In this document: positions 33,352 to 41,527 of the stretch, piece by piece
How positions within the stretch are numbered: the stretch's first letter is position 1
Layout: each line of letters opens with the position of its first letter
Assembly: GCA_041499435.1 (NCBI GenBank)
Contig: JBGQKF010000002.1
Span: forward strand, 1 to 41,527
DNA length: 41,527 nucleotides
DNA from: Gammaproteobacteria bacterium
GTDB taxonomy: Bacteria; Pseudomonadota; Gammaproteobacteria; Burkholderiales; SHXO01
Direction: 5' to 3'
Program-made: the position numbers and the translations under genes
The notes under the pieces: model-generated
What the model was told of the DNA's origin: nothing
The model's input: only the letters and a program-made list of their open reading frames with translations
The model's database searches: none

Positions 33352-33564
33352 TCACGTTCCGCCGCAGATCGGCCAACGCACCCACAGCGCACACCAGCCA
33401 TCGCTCGCTGCAGGTCTCCAGAGGCCGAACGGTCGGTGATGCAAAGACCACATGATCGAGTGGTAAAAGCAATTCTTGTCGTTGTTGTAAATCGTGCCGC
33501 GACCGGGATCACCGAGCTTACGTCCGGCACTACGCAGCCAATCTGACTGTCCACAGTGGAACAT
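33352..33564 (-). CDS. candidate small Trp/Cys-rich protein (unverified ORF)
   Basis: 70 aa. MFHCGQSDWLRSAGRKLGDPGRGTIYNNDKNCFYHSIMWSLHHRPFGLWRPAASDGWCALWVRWPICGGT. Stop is 3 nt before the EEP start. N/K/Y/F/H content is unlike the R/A/G/P-rich shadow ORFs of this window. No SD and no family recognised. Confidence 0.3.
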   Translation of the reverse strand: MFHCGQSDWLRSAGRKLGDPGRGTIYNNDKNCFYHSIMWSLHHRPFGLWRPAASDGWCALWVRWPICGGT

Positions 33565-33858
33565 GGGTGCTGTCTGCAGAAAAATATGACCTAGGTTATA
33601 GACGCACCGAGTCGACCGCGGGTTCGATGAAACCCGCTGGATTGTGCATACTGGCCTATTTGCGAAGGCGGCTTGTGCTGGCGGAGGACTAAGATCACCA
33701 TGCACGTGTGTCGTACTGTAACAGTGGGCAGCCGGGCAACACTGTGTTTCAAAAAGCGGCGGTCGAGACATGCGCAGCTTACGTGAGTCTGATTCAATAG
33801 CGGCTACCCCAATGCCTATGATGCTCCTCGGTATGATCGACGCATCGCCGGTGCGCTC

Positions 33859-35082
33859 ATGAACGCCCCCTCTCCGCTTTCCACTGAAGGCCGTGTGTTC
33901 GACCGGTCTCGCCGCTCGGGCTGGAAATGGGCGCTCGGTGCGCTGGCACTGTGCCTGGTGGCCGGCGCCGTTTACGTGTTGCTGGCCAGGAATGGCGCCG
34001 CGCAGTCGGGCTCGGCCAAGCAGGCGCAGAACAATCCGGCGGCGCGAAGCATTCCGGTCGCCGTCGCACCCGCCAAAACCGGTGACATCGGCATTTTCTT
34101 GAATGGCCTGGGGACAGTGACGGCGCTCAACACGGTGAGCGTGAAGTCGCGGGTGGACGGACAGCTCATGAACGTGCTGTTCCGTGAAGGGGATCTGGTG
34201 CGCGCCGGCGACGTGCTGGCGCAAGTAGACCCGCGCCCATTCCAGGTGCAGCTCGATCAGGCACTCGGGCAGAGAGCGCGCGACGAGGCCCTGCTCAGAA
34301 ACGCGCAGGTGGACCTGGAGCGCTATCGCCTGCTGGTGCAGCAGGACTCCATCCCGAAGCAGCAGCTCGATACTCAGGAAGCGCTGGTGAGCCAGTACGA
34401 GGCCGCCATCAAAGTCGACCAGGCGCAGATCGAGAATGCCCGTCTGCAGCTCACGTATTCACGCGTGACATCGCCGATCAGCGGGCGCCTCGGGCTGCGA
34501 CTGGTGGACGTCGGCAACGTCGTGCACGCCAACGATGCCACCGGGCTGGTGGTGATCACTCAGCTGCAGCCGATCACCGTGGTCTTCACCATTCCAGAAG
34601 ACAGCATCCGCGCGGTGATGCAGAAGCTGCACGATGGCGAAAAGCTCGTCGTGGAGGCCTGGGATCGCGAACAGAAGAACAAGCTCGCGACCGGCTCGCT
34701 GTTGACCATCGACAACCAGATCGACGTCACCACCGGCACGGTGCGTCTCAAGGCTCTATTCGCCAACGACGATCGCATGCTGTTTCCCAACCAGTTCGTC
34801 AACGCGCGGCTGCTGCTCGACGTGAAGCGCAGCGTAACGGTGATCCCGACGGTGGCGATACAACGCGGGAGTCAGGGCGCCTTCGTGTACGTGGTGAAGC
34901 CCGATCAGACCGTGGCCATGCGGCCGGTGAAACTTGGGCCGGCACAAGGCGACGAAGCGGCGGTCGAGTCGGGTGTCGCGCCGGGCGATCTGCTGGTGGT
35001 CGACGGGGCCGACAAGCTGCGTGAGGGCAGCAAGGTCGAAGTGCAGAGCGCCGAAGCGCCGAAGCGGCGCAGCAAATCATGA
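33859..35082 (+). CDS. mdtA: RND efflux membrane fusion (periplasmic adaptor) protein MdtA
   Basis: 407 aa. N-terminal anchor, then the HlyD_D23 pattern ...[37 protein letters not shown]...[17 protein letters not shown]... 4-nt overlap with mdtB. Confidence 0.88.
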   Translation: MNAPSPLSTEGRVFDRSRRSGWKWALGALALCLVAGAVYVLLARNGAAQSGSAKQAQNNPAARSIPVAVAPAKTGDIGIFLNGLGTVTALNTVSVKSRVDGQLMNVLFREGDLVRAGDVLAQVDPRPFQVQLDQALGQRARDEALLRNAQVDLERYRLLVQQDSIPKQQLDTQEALVSQYEAAIKVDQAQIENARLQLTYSRVTSPISGRLGLRLVDVGNVVHANDATGLVVITQLQPITVVFTIPEDSIRAVMQKLHDGEKLVVEAWDREQKNKLATGSLLTIDNQIDVTTGTVRLKALFANDDRMLFPNQFVNARLLLDVKRSVTVIPTVAIQRGSQGAFVYVVKPDQTVAMRPVKLGPAQGDEAAVESGVAPGDLLVVDGADKLREGSKVEVQSAEAPKRRSKS

Positions 35083-38000
35083 ACCTGTCGCGGCCGTTCA
35101 TCCTGCGGCCGGTGGCCACTGCGCTGGTGATGGTGGCGCTGCTGCTGACCGGCGTCCTCGCCTATCGTCTGCTGGCGGTGTCGGCGCTGCCTCAGGTCGA
35201 CTATCCCACGATCCAGGTAATGACCTTCTATCCGGGGGCGAGCCCGGACGTGATGTCCTCTTCGGTCACCGCGCCGCTCGAGCGTCAGTTCGGTCAGATG
35301 CCGGGGCTGAACCAGATGACCTCGACCAGCTCGGGCGGCTCGTCGCTGATCACGTTGCAGTTCAGCCTCGATCTGAGCCTCGACGTTGCCGAGCAGGAGG
35401 TGCAGGCCTCGATCAACAACGCCTTTACTTTCCTGCCTAAGGACCTGCCCAATCCGCCGGTGTACAGCAAGGTCAATCCGGCTGATGCGCCGGTGCTGAC
35501 GCTTGCGCTCACGTCGGCCAGCATGCCCCTGCCGCAAGTCGAAGACCTGGCCGATACCCGGCTCGCCCAGAAGATCTCGCAGCTGCCCGGTGTGGGATTG
35601 GTGAGCATCGGCGGCGGCCAGCGTCCGGCCGTGCGCGTACAGGCGAATCCGACTGCGCTGGCTTCGTATGACATCGGCCTGGAAGATATCCGCGCTGCGA
35701 TCGCCGCCGCCAACGTGAATCAGGCCAAAGGCACGTTCGACGGCGAGCATCGCGCTTACACCATCGGTGCCAATGATCAACTGCTGTCGAGCAAGGAGTA
35801 TCGGCCGCTGGTCGTGGCCTACCGCAACGGTGCCCCGGTGCGGCTGTCGGACATCGCGGACGTGATCGACGACGCAGAGAACGTGAAGCAGGCGGCCTGG
35901 ATGAATACGGTTCCGGCGGTGATTCTCAACATTCAGCGCCAGCCGGGTGCCAACGTCATTCAAGTCGCCGACCGCGTGAAACGGCTGCTGCCACAGCTGC
36001 AGGCGAGCTTGCCCTCGACCGTGCAGGTGGCGCTGCTGACCGACCGCACCTACACCATCCGCGCGTCGGTACACGACGTGCAGTTCGAGCTGATGCTGTC
36101 GGTCGCACTGGTGGTGATGGTGATCTTTTTGTTCCTGCGCAATCTGGCCGCCACCGCCATACCAAGCGTGGCGGTGCCGCTGTCGCTCATCGGCACGCTG
36201 GGCGCGATGTATCTTCTCGGGTTCAGCCTCGACAATCTGTCTTTGATGGCGCTCACCATCGCCACCGGCTTCGTGGTCGACGATGCGATCGTCATGATCG
36301 AGAACATCGCCCGTTATGTCGAGGAGGGCGAGCCACCCCTGCAGGCGGCACTGAAAGGCTCCAAGCAGATCGGCTTCACGATTCTTTCGCTGACCGCATC
36401 GCTCATCGCGGTGCTGATTCCGCTGCTGTTCATGGGCGATGTGGTGGGCCGGCTGTTTCGCGAGTTCGCCATCACGTTGAGCGTGACCATCCTGATCTCC
36501 GCGGCCGTCTCCCTCACCCTCACGCCGACCATGTGTGCGCGCCTGCTCAAGCGCCGTCCGGTGAGCGAGCAGAGTCGCTTCTACCGGGTGAGCGGCGAGG
36601 CGATCGAGCGCTTGATCGATCGTTACGGGCGCAGTCTGCGCTGGGTGCTCGAACGGCAGGGCGCGACGCTGATCGTGGCGCTCCTCACGCTCGCCTTTAC
36701 AGCCGGGCTCTACATCATCATCCCGAAGGGATTTTTCCCGGTGCAGGATACCGTGGCCATCCTGGGCATTTCCGAGGCGCCGCAGACCATCTCGTTCGAG
36801 GGCATGGCCAAGCGCCAGCAGGCGCTCGCGCAGGCGGTGCTGCAGGACCCTGCCGTGCAGAGCCTGTCCTCGTTCATCGGCGTCGACGGCACCAATGTCA
36901 CGCTCAACAGCGGACGTTTGTTGATCAACCTGAAACCGCTCGCGCAGCGCAATGCCAGCGCCAGCGAGGTGATCCGGCGGTTGCAGCCCAGGCTCGCGCA
37001 GGTCGACGGCATCACCTTGTACATGCAGCCGGTGCAGGACCTGTCGATCGACGATCGCGTGAGCCGGACACAATATCAGTACACGCTGGAAGATCCCGAT
37101 CCGAAGGAGCTTGCCGATGCCGCCAATCGCATGGTGGATCGACTACGCACGGTGCCGGTGCTGCGCGACGTGGCCAGCGACCAGCAGAACGACGGCCTGC
37201 AGGCCGCGCTCGACATCGATCGCACCACTGCATCGCGGCTCGGCATCACGCCGCAGTTGATCGACGACACGCTGTACGACGCCTTCGGGCAGCGTCAGGT
37301 CTCGACCATGTTCACGCAGCTCAATCAGTATCGCGTCATTCTCGAGGTCAAGCCGGATTTTCAGAAGGGCCCGAGCGCGCTGCAAAACGTATTCGTGCGC
37401 CCGCAACCCGGGGCGCAGGTTCCGTTCAGCGCTTTCACCACCGTCACCGAGCGGGCGACGCCGCTGGCGATCAACCATCAGGCGCAGTTTCCAGCCGTCA
37501 CGCTGTCGTTCAACATCGCGCCCGGCGCATCGCTGGGCGACGCGGTGAAGGCGATCGAGCAGGTAAAGCAGGACCTCAATCTGCCGCCGAGCGTGCAGGC
37601 TGGCTTCCAGGGCGCGGCGCAGGCCTTCCGCGTCTCGCTGTCGAACCAGCTGCTGTTGATTCTGGCGGCGGTGGTCGCCGTGTATATCGTGCTCGGCGTG
37701 CTGTACGAGAGCTACATCCATCCGGTGACGATTCTGTCGACGCTGCCCTCGGCGGGAATGGGTGCGCTGCTCGCGCTGATGATCACGCGCACGGATCTTT
37801 CGGTGATTGCGCTGATCGGCATCATCCTGCTGATCGGCATCGTGCTGAAGAACGCGATCATGATGATCGACTTTGCCCTGGAGGCCGAGCGCCAGCAGGG
37901 CTTGAGTCCGTTCGACGCCATCTATCAGGCATGCCTGCTGCGCTTCCGTCCCATTCTCATGACGACACTGGCGGCGCTGCTCGGTGCGTTGCCCCTGGCG

Positions 38001-38192
38001 CTCGCCACCGGCGTCGGTGCGGAGCTGCGACGGCCGCTTGGCATCAGCATCGTCGGCGGCCTGATCGTGAGTCAGTTATTGACGCTCTATACCACGCCGG
38101 TGATCTATCTCGCGTTCGACCGGCTTGCGCGGCGCGTCACCGGACACCGTGCAGCCGACCGTGGTGACAGGCTTGCGCCGGAGCAGCCGTGA
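35079..38192 (+). CDS. mdtB: RND multidrug efflux transporter permease MdtB
   Basis: 1037 aa. [18 protein letters not shown]...[18 protein letters not shown]... is the AcrB/MdtB-type 12-TM RND architecture. 4-nt overlaps on both sides. Followed by a paralogous RND gene, as in mdtABC operons. Confidence 0.9.
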   Translation: MNLSRPFILRPVATALVMVALLLTGVLAYRLLAVSALPQVDYPTIQVMTFYPGASPDVMSSSVTAPLERQFGQMPGLNQMTSTSSGGSSLITLQFSLDLSLDVAEQEVQASINNAFTFLPKDLPNPPVYSKVNPADAPVLTLALTSASMPLPQVEDLADTRLAQKISQLPGVGLVSIGGGQRPAVRVQANPTALASYDIGLEDIRAAIAAANVNQAKGTFDGEHRAYTIGANDQLLSSKEYRPLVVAYRNGAPVRLSDIADVIDDAENVKQAAWMNTVPAVILNIQRQPGANVIQVADRVKRLLPQLQASLPSTVQVALLTDRTYTIRASVHDVQFELMLSVALVVMVIFLFLRNLAATAIPSVAVPLSLIGTLGAMYLLGFSLDNLSLMALTIATGFVVDDAIVMIENIARYVEEGEPPLQAALKGSKQIGFTILSLTASLIAVLIPLLFMGDVVGRLFREFAITLSVTILISAAVSLTLTPTMCARLLKRRPVSEQSRFYRVSGEAIERLIDRYGRSLRWVLERQGATLIVALLTLAFTAGLYIIIPKGFFPVQDTVAILGISEAPQTISFEGMAKRQQALAQAVLQDPAVQSLSSFIGVDGTNVTLNSGRLLINLKPLAQRNASASEVIRRLQPRLAQVDGITLYMQPVQDLSIDDRVSRTQYQYTLEDPDPKELADAANRMVDRLRTVPVLRDVASDQQNDGLQAALDIDRTTASRLGITPQLIDDTLYDAFGQRQVSTMFTQLNQYRVILEVKPDFQKGPSALQNVFVRPQPGAQVPFSAFTTVTERATPLAINHQAQFPAVTLSFNIAPGASLGDAVKAIEQVKQDLNLPPSVQAGFQGAAQAFRVSLSNQLLLILAAVVAVYIVLGVLYESYIHPVTILSTLPSAGMGALLALMITRTDLSVIALIGIILLIGIVLKNAIMMIDFALEAERQQGLSPFDAIYQACLLRFRPILMTTLAALLGALPLALATGVGAELRRPLGISIVGGLIVSQLLTLYTTPVIYLAFDRLARRVTGHRAADRGDRLAPEQP

Positions 38193-41100
38193 ACCTCTCC
38201 GAGCCGTTCATCCATCGCCCGGTAGCCACCACGCTGCTCACGCTCGGGCTCGCTCTTTCCGGCGTATTTGCGTTTCGATTGCTGCCGGTGGCGCCGCTGC
38301 CGCAGGTCGATTTCCCGACGATCAGTGTGACCGGGTCGCTGCCGGGCGCAAGTCCGGAGACGATGGCCACGGCCGTGGCGACGCCGCTCGAGCGTCAGCT
38401 CGGGCGCATCGCCGGCGTGACCGAAATGACCTCGACCAGCACGCTGGGCTCGAGCTCGATCACGCTGCAATTCGACTTGAACCGCAACATCGATGGCGCG
38501 GCGCGCGACGTGCAGGCGGCGATCAATGCCGCGCGCAGCCAGCTCCCCGCCAATCTGCCCACCAATCCGAACTACCGGAAGGTCAATCCGGCGGACGCGC
38601 CGATTCTGATCCTGGCGTTGACCTCGGACACGATGACCAAGGGCAAGATGTACGACGCTGCGTCGACCATCCTGCAGCAGAAGCTCTCGCAGATCCAGGG
38701 CGTGGGCCAGGTGTTCGTCGGCGGCAGCTCACTGCCGGCGGTGCGCGTGGAGCTCAATCCGAGCGCGCTCAACAAGTACGGCATCGGCCTCGAAGATGTG
38801 CGCACGATGCTCGCGAACGCAAACGCGAACCGTCCCAAGGGCCACCTCTACGACGGGGAGAAGACCTGGGATATCTTCGCGAGCGATCAGCTGTACAGCG
38901 CGGAGCAGTATCGGCCGCTCATCGTCGCATACCGAAACGGCGCTCCCGTGCAACTGACCGACGTCGCCGAGGTGAACGATGCGGTGGAAGATCTGCGCAA
39001 CGCCGGCACCGCGAACGGCAAGCCGGCCGTGCTCGTGATCATCTACCGCCAGCCGGCGGCCAACATCATCGAAACCGTGGACCGCGTGCGTGCGGCGCTC
39101 CCTCAGCTCGAGGCTTCGATACCCGGTGCGATCAGCCTCTCGATAGTGCTCGACCGCACCACCACCATCCGCGCTTCGCTGCATGACGTCGGAATCACGC
39201 TCGGCATCTCGATCTGCCTCGTGATTCTGGTGGTGTTCGTGTTCCTGCGCCGGGTGCGAGCCACTTTGATTCCCAGCGTGGCGGTGCCGGTTTCGCTGAT
39301 CGGAACGTTCGGCGTCATGTACGTGTGCGGATACAGCCTCGACAACTTGTCTTTGATGGCCCTCACCATCGCCACCGGCTTCGTGGTCGACGATGCCATC
39401 GTGGTGCTGGAAAACGTGTCGCGCCACATCGAGGCGGGCATGCCACGGATGGAGGCCGCCTTGCAAGGCGCGCGAGAAGTCGGCTTCACGGTGATGTCGA
39501 TGAGCATCTCGCTGGTTGCCGTGTTCATTCCGATTCTGCTGATGGGCGGTATGCTCGGACGGCTGTTCCGCGAGTTCGCCGTGGTGCTATCGGTAGCTAT
39601 TTTGATCTCGCTCCTGGTTTCACTCACCACGACGCCGATGATGTGCGCGCGCGTTCTGGCCCCGCACAGCGAGCGCGCGCCGGGTCGCTTCTATCGAGCG
39701 AGCGAGGCGGCCTTCGACTGGCTGCTTGCCCGCTACCGGACCAGCCTGGCGTGGGCGCTTCGCCATTCACTCGTCATGGCTCTGGTTACGCTCGCCACGG
39801 TGGCGCTGAACGTGTACCTGTTCATCATCATTCCCAAGGGTTTCTTTCCCGACCAGGATACCGGCCGGCTCACCGGCTCGATCGAAGGCTCGCAAGATAT
39901 CTCGTTCCAGGCGATGAGCGAGAAGCTGGATCGCCTGGTGGCGATCGTGCAGACCGATCCCGCAGTGGAGAGCGTGCTCGGGTTTTCCGGCGGCGCGGGC
40001 AGCGGTACCACCCGCAACACCGGCCGCGTTTTCATTTCATTGAAGCCATTGGATGAGCGCGGCGTCAGCGCCACTCAGGTGATCAATCGGCTGCGTGGCA
40101 AGCTGTCGCACGTGCCCGGCGCAACGCTTTATCTGCAGCCGGTGCAGGATGTACGCATCGGCGGTAGGCGCAGCAACGCACAGTTCCAGTTCACCCTGGA
40201 AGGCGAAAATCTGAAAGAGCTGTCCGACTGGTCGCGCCGTATCCTGCAGGAGCTGCGCGCTCTGCCGCAGCTCGCCGATCTCAACAGCGACGAGCAGAAC
40301 CGCGGGCTGATGGCCCAGCTCGCGATCGATCGTGCGACCGCCTCGCGCCTGGGCATCACGCAGTCCCTGATCGACAACACGCTGTACGACGCCTTCGGTC
40401 AGCGCCAGGTGTCGACCATCTATACCCAGCTCAACCAGTATCACGCCGTCATGGAGGTGGACCCGCGCTACTGGCGGCAGCCGAGCACGCTGCGCGCCCT
40501 CTATGTGCGCTCGAGCAACGGCACGCAGGTTCCGTTGAGCGCCTTTGCGAGCTTCGCGCCGAGCGCATCCACGCTGGCCGTGAATCATCAGGGTCAGTTT
40601 CCGGCGGTGACGCTGTCGTTCAACCTGATGCCTGGCGTTTCGCTCGGGGAGGCGGTCACTCTGATCCAAAGCACGATCGCGAGAATGGGCGTGCCGGCCA
40701 GCGTACGCGGCAGCTTCAAAGGCACGGCGGAGGCGTTTCAAGCCTCGCTCTCCAGTCAGCCGCTGCTGATTCTCGCGGCGTTCATCACGGTCTACATTGT
40801 GCTGGGCATTCTCTATGAGAGTCTGGTGCACCCGATCACGATCCTGTCGACGCTGTTTTCCGCGGGGGTCGGCGCGCTGCTCGCTTTGATGCTGTTTGGC
40901 GTCGAGCTGACGGTGATCGCGATCATCGGTCTCATTCTGCTGATCGGCATCGTCAAGAAGAATGCGATCATGATGATCGATTTCGCGCTGGTCGCCGAGC
41001 GTGAGCATGGCATGAGCTCGCGCGATGCGATCTACGCGGCCTGCCTGCTGCGCTTCCGCCCGATCATGATGACCACGATGGCGGCCTTGCTCGGCGCATT

Positions 41101-41311
41101 GCCGCTCGCGGTCGGGACGGGTGTGGGCTCGGAGCTGCGCCGGCCGCTCGGCATCGCCATTGTTGGTGGCTTGATCGTGAGCCAGCTGCTGACGCTGTAC
41201 ACGACCCCGGTCGTGTATCTCTATCTCGATCGGGCGCGCCTGTGGTACGCGCGCCTGCGCGGGAAGGAGCCAGCGCACCTCGCGCCACAGCCGGACGTGG
41301 GGACGGCATAA
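38189..41311 (+). CDS. mdtC: RND multidrug efflux transporter permease MdtC
   Basis: 1040 aa. [18 protein letters not shown]...[18 protein letters not shown]... Second RND permease, in the MdtC position of an mdtABC operon. Confidence 0.9.
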   Translation: MNLSEPFIHRPVATTLLTLGLALSGVFAFRLLPVAPLPQVDFPTISVTGSLPGASPETMATAVATPLERQLGRIAGVTEMTSTSTLGSSSITLQFDLNRNIDGAARDVQAAINAARSQLPANLPTNPNYRKVNPADAPILILALTSDTMTKGKMYDAASTILQQKLSQIQGVGQVFVGGSSLPAVRVELNPSALNKYGIGLEDVRTMLANANANRPKGHLYDGEKTWDIFASDQLYSAEQYRPLIVAYRNGAPVQLTDVAEVNDAVEDLRNAGTANGKPAVLVIIYRQPAANIIETVDRVRAALPQLEASIPGAISLSIVLDRTTTIRASLHDVGITLGISICLVILVVFVFLRRVRATLIPSVAVPVSLIGTFGVMYVCGYSLDNLSLMALTIATGFVVDDAIVVLENVSRHIEAGMPRMEAALQGAREVGFTVMSMSISLVAVFIPILLMGGMLGRLFREFAVVLSVAILISLLVSLTTTPMMCARVLAPHSERAPGRFYRASEAAFDWLLARYRTSLAWALRHSLVMALVTLATVALNVYLFIIIPKGFFPDQDTGRLTGSIEGSQDISFQAMSEKLDRLVAIVQTDPAVESVLGFSGGAGSGTTRNTGRVFISLKPLDERGVSATQVINRLRGKLSHVPGATLYLQPVQDVRIGGRRSNAQFQFTLEGENLKELSDWSRRILQELRALPQLADLNSDEQNRGLMAQLAIDRATASRLGITQSLIDNTLYDAFGQRQVSTIYTQLNQYHAVMEVDPRYWRQPSTLRALYVRSSNGTQVPLSAFASFAPSASTLAVNHQGQFPAVTLSFNLMPGVSLGEAVTLIQSTIARMGVPASVRGSFKGTAEAFQASLSSQPLLILAAFITVYIVLGILYESLVHPITILSTLFSAGVGALLALMLFGVELTVIAIIGLILLIGIVKKNAIMMIDFALVAEREHGMSSRDAIYAACLLRFRPIMMTTMAALLGALPLAVGTGVGSELRRPLGIAIVGGLIVSQLLTLYTTPVVYLYLDRARLWYARLRGKEPAHLAPQPDVGTA

Positions 41312-41317
41312 TAGTTG

Positions 41318-41527
41318 GGCGAGAGGCGTGAGGCGACAGGAGGGAAGGTGGGGGAAATGAAAAGCGTGAAGGAAGTGAAGGAGGTGAAGGAGGTGAGAAC
41401 CCCCTCCCTAACCCTCCCCCTTAGTAAAAAGGGGGAGGGAACTATGGCACTCCAAGGCTTGCTCTCTCTCCCCCTTTACTGGGGGAGAGGGTCGGGGAGA
41501 GGGGGCTCACTTCCTTCACTTCCTTCA
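41318..41527. repeat. family-B mosaic element: 9-mer arrays as outer inverted arms enclosing two oppositely oriented REP hairpins (cut by the window end)
   Basis: GTGAAGGAA GTGAAGGAG GTGAAGGAG GTGAG (41366-41397). Hairpins CCCTCCCCCTT-AGTAAA-AAGGGGGAGGG (41412-41439) and CTCTCCCCC-TTTACT-GGGGGAGAG (41466-41489). Right arm CTCACTTCCTTCACTTCCTTCA (41506-41527). Confidence 0.9.

Noticed and set aside
33617-33640. tRNA T-arm-like string CCGCGGGTTCGATGAAACCCGCTGG
   Set aside because: The GGTTCGA resemblance is local only. The loop is 10 nt rather than 7, and no acceptor, D or anticodon arms can be drawn around it. I treat it as a simple imperfect hairpin.
33352-34224. 290-aa minus-strand ORF overlapping the mdtA start
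   Set aside because: The upstream two thirds are shadow-type sequence antisense to mdtA and its leader. Only the terminal 70 codons are kept, as a low-confidence candidate.
35079-41311. mdtB and mdtC as a tandem duplication or repeat
   Set aside because: They are diverged paralogues with the canonical MdtB/MdtC arrangement, known to form a heteromultimeric RND pump. This is not a recent repeat or mobile duplication.
7431-41311. Search for selenoprotein genes (in-frame TGA joining two adjacent same-frame ORFs) prompted by selD
   Set aside because: No pair of adjacent same-strand ORFs in the track looks like one family split by a single TGA, so nothing can be supported from this window.

Overview
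High-GC proteobacterial chromosomal segment, with composition judged by eye rather than computed. I can support about 38 protein-coding genes. I found no rRNA, tRNA, CRISPR array, transposase, integrase or phage gene.

Gene content, left to right:
- Enolase-superfamily enzyme (runs off the left edge), then a nitronate monooxygenase plus CitE-like lyase pair.
- A small accessory-looking stretch: a SWIM/SNF2 helicase, a decayed gene relic, and a ParE/RelE toxin with an RHH antitoxin.
- selD and cysE, followed by a two-gene osmoprotectant-type ABC importer.
- Ten co-oriented minus-strand genes rich in thiol, redox and hydrolase functions: 2 GSTs, an RclA/MerA-like disulfide reductase, a bicupin, a Tat amidohydrolase, a VOC protein, a MetE-like protein, a META lipoprotein and an LLM oxidoreductase.
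- An MFS transporter, envelope proteins, ptrB, ltaE, an OmpA-like gene coupled to a NYN/LOTUS gene, an EEP nuclease/phosphatase, and mdtABC.

The most unusual content is non-coding. Intergenic gaps are colonised by three interleaved repeat families:
- (A) Long hairpins whose arms are tandem 8-mers, GTGAARAG facing TTCACCTY.
- (B) A 9-mer variant, GTGAAGGAR. Its units contain the perfect extended Shine-Dalgarno string AAGGAGGTGA, and it is nested with REP hairpins.
- (C) A G/C-rich REP family (CTCCCTCCCTTGCGAAGCGGGGGAGGG...), 7 copies. Two copies have been absorbed into coding sequence.

There is also a 27-nt motif in 4 copies. Two of them form a 21-bp perfect inverted repeat around a 246-bp MITE-like unit.

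I cannot support a novel multi-gene protein system such as a defence island. The repeat architecture, and its resemblance to the Shine-Dalgarno sequence and the 16S rRNA 3' tail, is the strongest candidate for something undescribed, but its function is inference only.
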